A DNA stretch of 58,835 nt, taken from positions 1 to 58,835 of the forward strand of contig MQRK01235089.1 of the NCBI GenBank assembly GCA_001938485.1, read 5' to 3'. This stretch comes from Girardia tigrina (lineage: Eukaryota). Below, one piece after another: positions 47,994-58,835 of the stretch. The stretch's first letter is position 1; every line of letters starts with the position of its first letter. Made by a program: the position numbers and the translations under genes. The notes below the pieces were generated by a model. The model searched no databases. It was not told the origin of the DNA and saw only the letters and a program-made list of their open reading frames with translations.

Positions 47994-49600
47994 GGATCCA
48001 TGACAATTCGACACAGACAATTTGACACAAATTTTTAATTCGACACATTTTTCATTCAATTCGACACAAATTTTTTAATTCGACATTTTTTTAATGGGAC
48101 AAATATTTTATATCGACATTTTTAAATTTCGATTAGTTTTTTTTAATTCAACACTTTTTTTTTAATTCGATCAATAACTAAAATGAAATATTTTCATTAT
48201 TACTACACATTTTTTGAAACTCGACATTTTCAATAACTATATTTTAGGTTAGACTAATGAGTTTTTCTGTATTTAATATGAAAAAAATATCAATTTAATA
48301 TGAAAAAAATCAATTTTTATGAAAAAAATATGTATTTACTATGAAAAAAAAGTATTTAATATAAAAATATGTATCTTATATAAAAATATCATTTTAATAT
48401 GAAAAAAACAATTTTTATTAAAAAATATGTATTTAATATGAAAAATATGTATTTAATAAAAAATATGTATTTAATATAAAAATATCAATTTAATATGAAC
48501 TAATTTTTATATATTTTATATATAAAAATATCATTTTAATATGAAAAAAATCAATTCTCACATATTTCTTATCAACTTATATTGAGGGTGCTCTTGGTAG
48601 AGCTCCTCAGTTTCCAGTAAAATGCTGGAACCATTTCGATTCTGGTGGTGAGCAGACACCAAAAACTACAAATTGTTGCGAAGGTTTCCACCATTCTCTT
48701 AATGCCATATTTCAATGCAGCCACCCCAGTGTTTGGACCTTGCTTGATGGACTTGGAAGAGATATAGCTTGTCACAGACTGACTTTCGAAAATGCTCTGT
48801 CAGGTAGCCCTGAGGTTGTAAAGAAAAAATATGTATTATTGAGTGAGGCTATTGCAATGACTGTGCAAGAATACAATTTAAATGCATCGAATGATGAAAA
48901 ACTGAAATACTTGCGTTGGCTAGCTAATTTGCAATGAATAAAATGTTAAAAATTAACTTTTATTGTGTCGAATTAATAAATGTGTAGAATTAAAAAATTT
49001 GTGTCGTTTTATTGTCGATTTAACTTTTACTTTTGCATTTTAATTATTTTTTAATGTGTCGAATTAAAAAATTTGTTTCATAAAAATTGATTTTTTTCAT
49101 ATTAAATTGATTTTTTATATAAAATATAAAATTGAAATATATGTTCAAAATAATATGGCAGGCTGAATTGTAAACGAATGCATTTTCAAAACATTAGTTC
49201 ATATTAAAGTGATATTTTTTATATTAAATACATATTTTTCATATTAAATACATTTTTCATAAAAATTGATTTTTTTCATATTAAATTGATATTTTTTTCA
49301 TATTAAATACAGAAAAACTCATTAGTCTAATCTAAAATATAGTTATTGAAAATGTCGAGTTTCAAAAATGTGTAGTAATAATGAAAATATTTCATTTTAG
49401 TTATTATCGAATTAAAAAAAAAGTGTTGAATTAAAAAAACTAATCGAAATTTAAAAATGTCGAAATAAAATATATGTCCCATTAAAAAATGTGTCGAATT
49501 AAAAAATTTGTGTCGAATTGAATGAAAAATTGTCTTGTGTCGAATTGTCTGTATCGAATTGTCTGTGTCGAATTGTCGTGTGTCCAATTGTCTGGTTACC
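47994..49600 (+). mobile_element. Mutator-like (MULE) foldback element, non-autonomous
   Basis: GG...CC ends and a 9-bp TSD TAAAAATGT/CAAAAATGT. Long modular TIRs. Core 48570-48937 encodes a MULE C-terminus (TYI...PQFPVKCWN...KTTNCCEGFHHSLN...HPSVW). Confidence 0.9.
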
Positions 49601-49774
49601 CAAAAATGTATAACTATTTTAAAACCACACAATGCATTTAGGTTTCAAAACAAAAAGTTGTTTCATTTTTAACTTCTTCAGTAAGATGAAATCTAGCAGA
49701 ATCGTATATTAAAAGTGATTTTGGCTTAAAAAAAAATTAACTGAAACACAAAAATGTTTTTAATTCAAGAAGAA

Positions 49775-50360
49775 GAAAAAGGAATCCTTTCTTTGAAAAA
49801 ACACTCTAACGCCGATGCAATGTCGAGAAATTCCTGTGAAATGTGTGTACAATGTCAAACTATGTATGAGAAAGCTAAGAAGGGTAAAGTTAAAACAAGA
49901 ATCCTAGCGTTAGACGATGAATCCAAAGGACTCAAATGGCAGAAAGATAATGACGAGATAAAACAAATTACATCAGATATCAAAACTGGGAAAACAAAGA
50001 AATGGTTACGGAAAGATGATATCGTAACGACAATGGATAACAAATACTGGATTCCGAAAGGTAAAATGACTGAATTCGTGGAAGAAATACACAAGATGCT
50101 GTGTCACGCTGGTAGCAAGAAAGTTTATAATTATTTGAAGGATGGTTTCGATATGGAAGATATGAGAAAAACGGTAAAAGAAATTGTGCAAAGTTGTATG
50201 AATTGTCAGAAAAGAAAGACCTTAACAACAAAAACAAAAGAGAAACATATTAAACAATCTGCTGATGAACCATTCGAAAAAATATATATGGATTTCTGTG
50301 GACCTTTTAAAAGAAATATTAATGGATGTCAATACATACTAGCGATAATCGACCAATTTA
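49775..50360 (+). mobile_element. Ty3/gypsy integrase fragment
   Basis: HSNADAMSR; HKMLCHAG...CMNC zinc finger; IYMDFCGP; ILAIIDQF. Confidence 0.9.
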
Positions 50361-50363
50361 ATA

Positions 50364-50503
50364 ATTTGAATTTTTGCAGTCAAATTTTACAAAAATGTAC
50401 TTTTACTTTTTTAAATTCAAAAAAATCATTTACTTTTAAAGAAATTCATTTTTGTATTTATTTTTGTATTTATATTTTTTAATTTGACTGCAAAAATTCA
50501 AAT
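50364..50503. repeat. 23-bp perfect inverted repeat (small hairpin/MITE)
   Basis: ATTTGAATTTTTGCAGTCAAATT ... AATTTGACTGCAAAAATTCAAAT. Confidence 0.75.
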
Positions 50504-51871
50504 CATTTCATACATGTCGTTTAAATATATTAAATATTTTTTTTATATTTTGGCGCAATTTTGAAATTTTGTTTCATTAAAATTAAAATAATTCCGAAGA
50601 CAATCATAGAAGAAAACCTAGGACTGTTATGAATTTTGAAATGTTCAGTCAAATCAAGAGACTTTATAAAATAGGATTATAATAAGTTCTTCAAATTATA
50701 AAATGAATACATTTAAATTTTATTATTAAAAATTTAAACTTTATACTGCAGTAAAAAAATTTATAAATTTATTTGACTAACATTCATAAGTTTTAATTCT
50801 AAAATAATATATAGATTTATTCTACGTTATTTTATTTATTATTATTATATAATAAAAAATATGAATTTTTACTTTATTTTGATTTATCTTAATATTAATA
50901 TTAGTTTTTAATTTTAATAAGTTTGTAATTTTTAATATGTTAAACAATAAAATTTTGATTAAAATTCACCTTCAACTATGACCCCAGTACGTTTTTGAGT
51001 TACTACAGCCAGTGTTTTAAGACATGTAATTTTACAAGAAGCCTTGACTTTGTTAAGCAAAGAATAGAATTCGAAAATACATATTTATTTCTACCGTTTA
51101 ATAATCATAAAAAATGCTATAATAAAAATGTTAAAAATAAACGTTAAAAGTCATAGGGGTCTCCGAAGACATCAGCATGAAATAAGGGGTTTTTTAAAAA
51201 AAATATTGATTAAATTTACTATTGAGTAATAGTCATTACTAATTCTTAAAATAATTATGTATTCCTGATAGGATAGTTTTTAATGTGATAATCATTTTCG
51301 TAACATATTCTCTATTTTACTGGTTAGCTTGTTTAAAACAAACTTATTTTTTGCTGTTTCGTGTGTACAGTGATAATTAATTAAATAAGAATTACATTAA
51401 GTATGGATTAATTTTAAAATAAGTTTAAAATTTATGGTATATTCACTTTAAAAAAAAATAAAACATAATTAAAATTTTATTATCAGAAAATATTATTAAT
51501 TTATATGATCATCATATATATATGTAAATATATCTACATTTTAGAGAAAAAAATTTTAATATAAAAAAATTCAATATTTTGTTTTCAAATTTTAGAAATT
51601 ATTGAAGTATTAACGATTCGGGCGCACAATCTAACAAACAATTTATTGAGCTAATCTTAAAAGTTTTCAATGGTGCTTGAATAATTCAAGTTGAATTTCT
51701 ATTAAAATGTATTTCATAATTCTGTTAACAATTTATTAAATTATTATTATTCAATCAAATCTAAACTTAATAATAAATATTATTAATTTAATTCCATATT
51801 AAAATTTACAATTAGTTATTTTTTATAAATCTAAAAAAATATTAATTGAGGTCAATAAAAAAGTAAACAAT

Positions 51872-53482
51872 ATGGATGATATTGAATGTTCAATTTGTGT
51901 ATATCCTTTGACGGAGGCTTCAGAAACAGTGAAAATTGATACATGTCAACACATATTTTGTAATTATTGTTTACAAAAATGGTTACTTGAAAATCAAACT
52001 TGTCCTTTAGACCGAAATCCAGTCGTAAACGTAACAATATTTAGTAAATTACAGAACAAACATGAAACTCTTTCACTAAGCTCTTTCATTTCAGAAGCAA
52101 TATCGATTGAAAAAAGAATGACTTTCAAAAGTCATATCAAAATCATTTCAGAAATTTTATCAAATCTTTTACTTTTCTTCAATCAATATAATTTAATTTC
52201 AAACACTCTACAAGATACATTTTCACAAAGTAACAAAGAGAAATTTCAAATATTATTAAATATGAGTTCTTTTTCATCAAAAGAAGAATTTCAAGTCTTT
52301 TTCTCAAACATTCAAACAATTAATTGCGATTATTCAAATAATATTACTAATATTAAAAAAATAATTCTCACAAATATGACAGAAATAAAGAATGAAATAC
52401 ACAAAATTACTTTTATTTATCGAAAAAATATTGCTGAAGAATCTTTGCTGTTGGATTACACGAAAGAATTAAAATATTTGTACGCAATTTATTATATCTT
52501 TGGAGATATCGACTTCCATTTCTGCAGGATCCAAAATATATTATCGAATTATAAATCATACATCAATTTAGATGTAGTCGACTTATTTACAAAAAAAATA
52601 TTTCTGAGAGCTCTTTATGAACAAATGGAATTTACCATTTGTAAATCGAATAAAACAATATTTGATTATATAAAATTTAGTAAATCGTTATATCTTTTTA
52701 TATTATCAAAGTATAATGAGTCGGACGAGGCCAATATATTCCAGCATGATACTGAACAATGTTTGATTTGTTGTGAAAATGTTAAGAAAAAAAATACAAA
52801 TGAATTCGAAAACTGTCATCACAAAATTTGTAATAAGTGTAAAAAGTTTAAAAATTTTTTATCATTTAATTGTCCATTTAAAAATTGTGAAGGAAAAAAG
52901 AATAATTCAGAGCAGAAAACTTATTTATCATCTTTTTTATTACAAGATGATAAAGATTTATTGATTATGTTTCAGAACATGATGGAAGACAATAATCAAA
53001 TCATTAAGTATATAAATAGTCGTCTTTCATTAAATATGTATAAAGACAAATCTGAGCATCTTAATTTTAACAATTCAAGTTTTAATCAGTTTTTCGAAGA
53101 TCATTTATTAAAATATAAAAATCATAAAATTAATTATCATAAAAACTTCATTGTTGTTTGGAGAAGTTGGAAGAATTCGCCCCACTCGAGTCAAGATAAA
53201 ACAGAGATACTTCATAATTTGTTGGACAAATGTGTTTATTTGTCAGGAGCGATCATCAATTTCCTGGGAGAAATGGTAGAATTCGAGTTAAAATTTTTAA
53301 GTATTGAATTTGATAGTATCGACGAAAAAATCGATTTTTTTCGGAAACAAAAATCCCGTCGATGTTCAAAATATACAAAATTTATGGCTATAGTTAACGC
53401 GATTCTGAACATCTGGATAAAGGAAAACTTACAATACCCTCAAATATATAAAACATTAAAAGAATTAAAATTTCACCTATGA
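51872..53482 (+). CDS. Intronless double-RING-finger protein (putative E3 ubiquitin ligase), 536 aa
   Basis: Uninterrupted ORF in very AT-rich DNA. RING1 is CSIC...CQHIFCNYC...CPLDR. RING2 is CLIC...CHHKICNKC...CPFKNC. AATAAA follows the stop. Confidence 0.88.
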   Translation: MDDIECSICVYPLTEASETVKIDTCQHIFCNYCLQKWLLENQTCPLDRNPVVNVTIFSKLQNKHETLSLSSFISEAISIEKRMTFKSHIKIISEILSNLLLFFNQYNLISNTLQDTFSQSNKEKFQILLNMSSFSSKEEFQVFFSNIQTINCDYSNNITNIKKIILTNMTEIKNEIHKITFIYRKNIAEESLLLDYTKELKYLYAIYYIFGDIDFHFCRIQNILSNYKSYINLDVVDLFTKKIFLRALYEQMEFTICKSNKTIFDYIKFSKSLYLFILSKYNESDEANIFQHDTEQCLICCENVKKKNTNEFENCHHKICNKCKKFKNFLSFNCPFKNCEGKKNNSEQKTYLSSFLLQDDKDLLIMFQNMMEDNNQIIKYINSRLSLNMYKDKSEHLNFNNSSFNQFFEDHLLKYKNHKINYHKNFIVVWRSWKNSPHSSQDKTEILHNLLDKCVYLSGAIINFLGEMVEFELKFLSIEFDSIDEKIDFFRKQKSRRCSKYTKFMAIVNAILNIWIKENLQYPQIYKTLKELKFHL

Positions 53483-53927
53483 AAATGTAATAAATATTGA
53501 ATTATGAGTATTGATTTGTATTGTAATTATTTCAAATTAAAAGTCGTTTATGTGCTACACTAAATGTTATTTATTTTTTGAAGTTTTCAAATGTTTTTTT
53601 TTAAATTTAAACATAATTTTAATTCATTAATTATGAAAATCCTGAAATAAATTTAATTTTTAAATATTAAATATTTTATTTTGTTAATTAAACAATTTTG
53701 ATCACGTAATACATTTTAAACTGACAAAACGAAACAATAATATATAAATTTTAACTTGTATATTGTGAAAATTGTAGGCATAATCCCAATGCCTAAATCT
53801 TAATATCAGACAAATATACTTTAATTTTAAAAATGCAATAATTGAAATTAAATATATTTGTTTAAATAAACAGAATTTCATAAAAATAAACATTTGGTAA
53901 AAAGCGTTATTTATATTATTTTTAATT

Positions 53928-54500
53928 ATGGATCAAAGTGACTACACTGGTGTCAGAAAAGTGGCTGAGTCCATTCACATTCAAGTCAGAATCCCTCTGT
54001 TTTTCAAAAATATTGCTAACAGGTTCATTCAAGTGGAAGCCGCATACGAACTCGCAAACATTTCCATCCAGAAGACAAAATATTTCAATGTTCTTACCAG
54101 CCTACCTCCTGATATTTTGGAGACACCTACATCAGCCATGGATCCCTCCTGAAATTATCCATATGAAAAACTGAAACAGGCTCTCCTCGAGGAAAATACG
54201 ATGACAGCAGCCCAAGCCTTACGCCGCTTGACCAAACTCGGAACTGAACATCAATTGAAACCCACCAAATTACTAGAAGAATTAAGGAAATGACACCTAA
54301 TAATCCAACCCAACAAAGATCTAAACAAGTGTGAATTGATCAAACAGTAATATTTAGCTACTCTTCCAACTTCAATCAGACGCCATCTGATAAGTTTTCA
54401 AACGCTCAGACTAGTGGAACTCAGCGCCAAAGTCGATGATCATTTCTCCTTAGAAGATACGCAATTGATGACAATCGAGCCCACAAATCAGTCTTCAAAA
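53928..54500 (+). mobile_element. Ty3/gypsy gag fragment, degenerate
   Basis: IPLFFKN...FIQVEAAY...TKYFNVLTSLP...PYEKLKQALL...KPTKLL. Confidence 0.8.
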
Positions 54501-54529
54501 ATAGCTACTTTCTAAATGAATCGATTGCC

Positions 54530-56460
54530 TTCTTGGTTTCAGACAAATCGGTTTACCTTTTGTTTCTATTTTATGGACCACAATATCCGTAAATCCCAAA
54601 TCGTATTCATGTTTCATGAAAACATCATCATATCATTTCATAAGGTTTTCCAGTCATTTGCTTTGCTCTTGCTGTTTCATATCTTTCTCCACTATCACAA
54701 CTAACTTTTTGGTAGTCTTTTCAAATTTAGTCTTTTCGAATTTATGCATGAAATTAACACATCCAATGACTGCCGGTCGGATTACTTTCACTTCTAAAAA
54801 ATCTACCGCGTGGCACTCTTCTTTCCATTTCAACTTCATTGTCATTTTTCCCAAACACTTATGGCCTTCTGAAAACTCTCCATTTAGTATAATTGGGCTC
54901 TTTTCTAATCTGGGTTGTCCGATTTCCAACCAAACATTCTCACTAATAACTGCTGAAACACCCGCTCCCCTATCCCACAACATTATCATATTGTGATTGT
55001 TCACCTTAACATCGCTCCATCATCTACCATCTTACCCCTCTACTATCTCTGCAATTCCATTTTTTGGATATTTTATGCCGACTCCACAGACGAAATTCTC
55101 ATCATGGAGTCTCTGGCATTTAAATCATCTTCATATTCATCTTTATATGATACGATATACACATTTTCTTCATTGTACACATCTTTGATGCATACTACAT
55201 TAACATTCTTAATATGATTACAGTTTCTGAACCCATGTCCACTTTTTCCACAGATTAAACAACGATTACTTAAAGGACAATCTTTCCTCAAATACCCATC
55301 TTTTCCACAGCAATAACAGTCACTCTGATTAAATGCTCCTCTTCTGGAGTCGGAAGTCTCTTTATTTTGCAATATAACTTCCTTGCTTCGTGCCAAACCG
55401 AATGCACCGGGTGATTATATTGTTGTTTATCTTCTGACATTCTACTGGATCCGTTTTCATTACTTTTATTAAATCTTTCCGATGGTATTCTACGTTCCGT
55501 TCTTAATACTGGTTGTATATCGTTTGTTTCATTCAATCGAGCTCTATTTCTTCTATTTTCAGGATTCTCATATCTTCTAACTTGATGTTTATCTTTCTTT
55601 GTCATTTCTGCATATGATGTTTTGACGGCTAAAACATCATTTCTTTCTTCTTTTGATATATTGTCCTCATAAATCTTAGCTTCTGCTCTCATTTCGTCCT
55701 CCGATATGTTAGGTTTGAAAACAAATCGATCTTTCAGAACTTGCGATTTTATCCGCATTTTCAAAAGTTCATTGAAAATTTCTTCATCGCTGTGTTTCCT
55801 GAAAATTTCAATTGTTTTCCGAACCCTTAATTCAAATGTTAAGAATCTTTCATTCTCACCTTGACAAATTTGTTTTAGTTTGTCCAATTCTGCCAACACT
55901 GGTACTTTCTTTATAAATGTTTTCTGGAACAAACTTTTGGATTCCACATCTGACATTTGTTTCTTACTCTCTTCCTTTGGATTCCCTTTAAAGAATTTTC
56001 GCTTCGTCTATCAACAAATAGTTACACATTTCTGAGAATGTTAACCCAAGAATTTCTAAGCATTGGCATATGCCTCTATACCATATTTGACCTTCTTCAG
56101 AATCCACTCCATTGTACTCCTTCATTTTCTTCTCGAGGGTTTTCTTAAAGATTGATGACAGTTCTAGTTTAGTAAGCCTCAAAACTTTTATTGGAACACC
56201 AGCGTGATTGCCAGTTAAATCTCCATGTTTCATTTCAGGATTCATAATACCAACAAGTAAAATTTATTTAATATTTACAATCTTTTTAGAATACTTAAAC
56301 AAATTTATAATCACAACTTCATACATACACAATTTTAAATATTCTTCACAGTGTGATTTAATGAAATTTATTGTTTTGACAATCAATCGACATTATGTGT
56401 TTCATTTTATCAATTTGATCCAAATGATACAATGGTCAGATTTGAATGGTTGTTTGTAAC
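54530..56460 (-). mobile_element. Ty3/gypsy gag-protease fragment with possible 5' LTR (~56255-56460)
   Basis: Two CCHC-type knuckles (CYCCGKDGYLRKDC, CLICGKSGHGFRNC) and protease-like MLWDRGAGVS. TGTTACA start on - at 56460. Confidence 0.82.
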
Positions 56461-56464
56461 AATC

Positions 56465-57040
56465 TTCAACGAGCTTTCTTTTCACATATGCAACAAGGTC
56501 TGAGGGTTACCCAGTAATTACTGCAGCACAAACTGTTATTATGCGAGCAAGTTTATTCCATCAGGATTTTATTTCCTTCAAAGCATTATTATTAACTTCA
56601 AACTTGAAACATAACTCTTAGAATTATTTTCAAGCTGTAATTTTAAATCATCTCCATGATCCTGCAAAGTCTTTTAGCGATTCTATTTCTTGATAGACAG
56701 ATATTGTAAGTATATGATGCATTTTCGTTCAAATATTTTTTAATGAATTCATCATCTTAAAAACGATTTGGAGCACCTTCCAATATCTAATTTTTAACGT
56801 CAACTGTAATGATAAACCCTTTGTCAGTTTTTCTTTTGCATTGATACTGTTTTCACCATGTTTCGTCTCATAATGACGACGAATGTTCTATTCTTTCCAA
56901 ACTGGGACTACAACCATAAAAAAGAGGCGCAGTGCTTTGCCGTTGAGAGAAGTAAAGAAGCAATCCAGCGACTTCTGTTGTTGGAAAACTCTGTGATCAC
57001 TTTTGACCCTTCTCTAATGTTGTAAAGATTTTATATTCAT
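56465..57040 (-). mobile_element. Degenerate hAT (Buster/SPIN, GTF2IRD2-like) relic
   Basis: DHRVFQQ...FFTSLNGKAL...KE*NIRRHYETKH. Confidence 0.8.
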
Positions 57041-57890
57041 CGATAAATTTTATCAATTTAATGTCTTTGAAAATAAATTAATGAAAAGTGATGAGAATAT
57101 CTTAAACTTTAAACTCATTTGTAGATTTGATTCTCGACTAGATATTTAATCATTGTATTCAATAGACAACAAAATTTATATGTTTCTTACATGGTTGACC
57201 ACGGGACAGATGTTTCGTTTACACAGATCCTTATTATAAATTAATTATTTCTTGAAATAAGGGGAATCTGTCAGAAATTATTTTGGTTTTTTATTCGATA
57301 TATCGTAATTTTATTTTTAGAGTTTTGTGTTATTTATAAAATACATGAACGGTCGAGTTTGCGTCTTTTACATCAATTTATTTAGAGAAATGATACTTCG
57401 TTTTTTTCATCGAAAAATGGATTGGTAATGATTTTTATTAATTTCCTGTAAAATAAAGGTAAAAAATTCTTGTAGGACTTCTTTTGATTTCATCTCCCTT
57501 TTCTCACGACCTTCCGGTTCTTTTCCAAGATGAAAGACTCTTTTACCATTGTCTAAATAATTGTATTTGTTCGTTCGAAGCAATAAACAATTTAAGTCTA
57601 AAAATTTTGAGAATTGTATATACCCCGATTCAATTTTTTTGCAATTCACAAAATATCTAGTTTCTCAACAATCTATATATAATGTTATATATCATTCGAT
57701 AGGGAATTTAAAACTGCATATTAAATATTCAACACATCTTTGTTTTAACGTATTACTTTAATTGTCTTTCCAATTTTGCATTTTTGAAAGTTATAAATCG
57801 ATTTAAAATTTTTGCATTAGTAATAAAAGTAAGCTGTTGTTTTTAATTTTAAAACTATATTAGTAATTTCATTTTTTTACAAATCTTTAG

Positions 57891-58835
57891 ATGACTTTAT
57901 CATCTGAATTACGAAATTTAATTTATGAAAAATTAAGGGAGAACATGACCAAAGTCGACATTGCTAAGACATATAATGTAAGTTTAAGGACCGTATATGG
58001 CATTCAAAGGCAAGGAGTAGAACCCAAACCTTCTGTTAAACGTTCGAAGAACGCTAGGAAATCAAAAAAGTTGTTAGAAGGGCTGTAATGCATTCAAAAT
58101 GAAAAATGAGCGCACATCTTGCACTAAAATAGCTAATAAAATTATTACACCTTTCTCTAAAAGTACTGTGAGACGAAACTTAATCTCACTAGGTTATAAA
58201 TATGTTCCTAGTGTATGTTCCATAATTTTAAGTGATGCTCAAAAAAAACAGCGCGTGAAAATGGTTAGAAGCTACATAACGCAGCACATTGATTTTCATA
58301 AAGTAGTACTTATTGATGAATCTCGTTTTTCTTTGGACGGTAATGATAATTATCATACCTGGTAAAAACAATCACGACCTATTGTCAATAGGAGACCTTA
58401 CAAAGGAGGATCCATAATGGTATGGGGTACTATGACTTATACAGGTCAATTACTACTGCGTATAATCGAAGGAAACTTAAACAGCGAGAAATATTGTGAT
58501 CTTCTCAGAGATGATATTTTCCCTGTCTTAAAATCATCAATGGAGTCANNNNNNNNNNNNNNNNNNNNNNNNNNNNNNNNNNNNNNNNNNNNNNNNNNNN
58601 NNNNNNNNNNNNNNNNNNNNNNNNNNNNNNNNNNNNNNNNNNNNNNNNNNNNNNATATCAGTCCAATTGAGAAAATTTGGTCCATATTAAAGAACAGAGT
58701 GTATGAAAATACTCAATTTAAGGATAAACAGTCTCTTTGGTCCAAAATCGAAAGTGAGGGAGAAAAGTTGACCACAAACGAACCAGATCTTTTTCAAAGG
58801 TTATATGCAAGATTTTACGAAAATATGTGTGACAT
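57891..58835 (+). mobile_element. Tc1-like (DD34E) transposase, defective, running off the window
   Basis: HTH N-terminus, STVRRNL, VVLIDESRFSLDG, GGSIMVWG and ISPIEKIW. Frameshift near 58090 and stop at 58365. Confidence 0.9.

Noticed and set aside
48001-49600. CRISPR-like repeat array
   Set aside because: These are short irregular subrepeats inside TIRs of a eukaryotic MULE, with no spacers and no cas genes.
49754-50482. 242-aa ORF as a functional gene
   Set aside because: It is a chance fusion of flank, truncated integrase and AT-rich sequence. The catalytic core is incomplete.

Overview
This is AT-rich eukaryotic genomic DNA with several N-gaps. The 46-47 nt introns and the transposon repertoire suggest a flatworm or planarian, but that is inference only. 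Two host genes are supported. (1) A nine-exon tetraspanin on + (14700-37770, 281 aa; CCG, PxSCC and GC motifs) that the ORF track does not show as a unit. (2) An intact, intronless 536-aa protein with two RING fingers (51872-53482). A fossil paralogue of the RING gene lies at ~5131-11260, broken by successive insertions. One insertion is a 1439-bp TG...CA element with a 5-bp TSD. It has no transposase but carries three RanBP2/NZF-type zinc fingers, and its ORF runs in frame into the RING paralogue. Another insertion is an RT-less Penelope-like element with inverted pseudo-LTRs, each holding a minimal hammerhead ribozyme whose internal ATG is in frame with the element ORF. The rest is transposon debris: hAT (5), mariner (5), Tc1/IS630-like (2), Ty3/gypsy fragments (6), a MULE foldback, an 81-bp piggyBac-type MITE, an R2/NeSL-like relic, a tRNA-derived SINE, palindromes and microsatellites. 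All alignments were made by eye.
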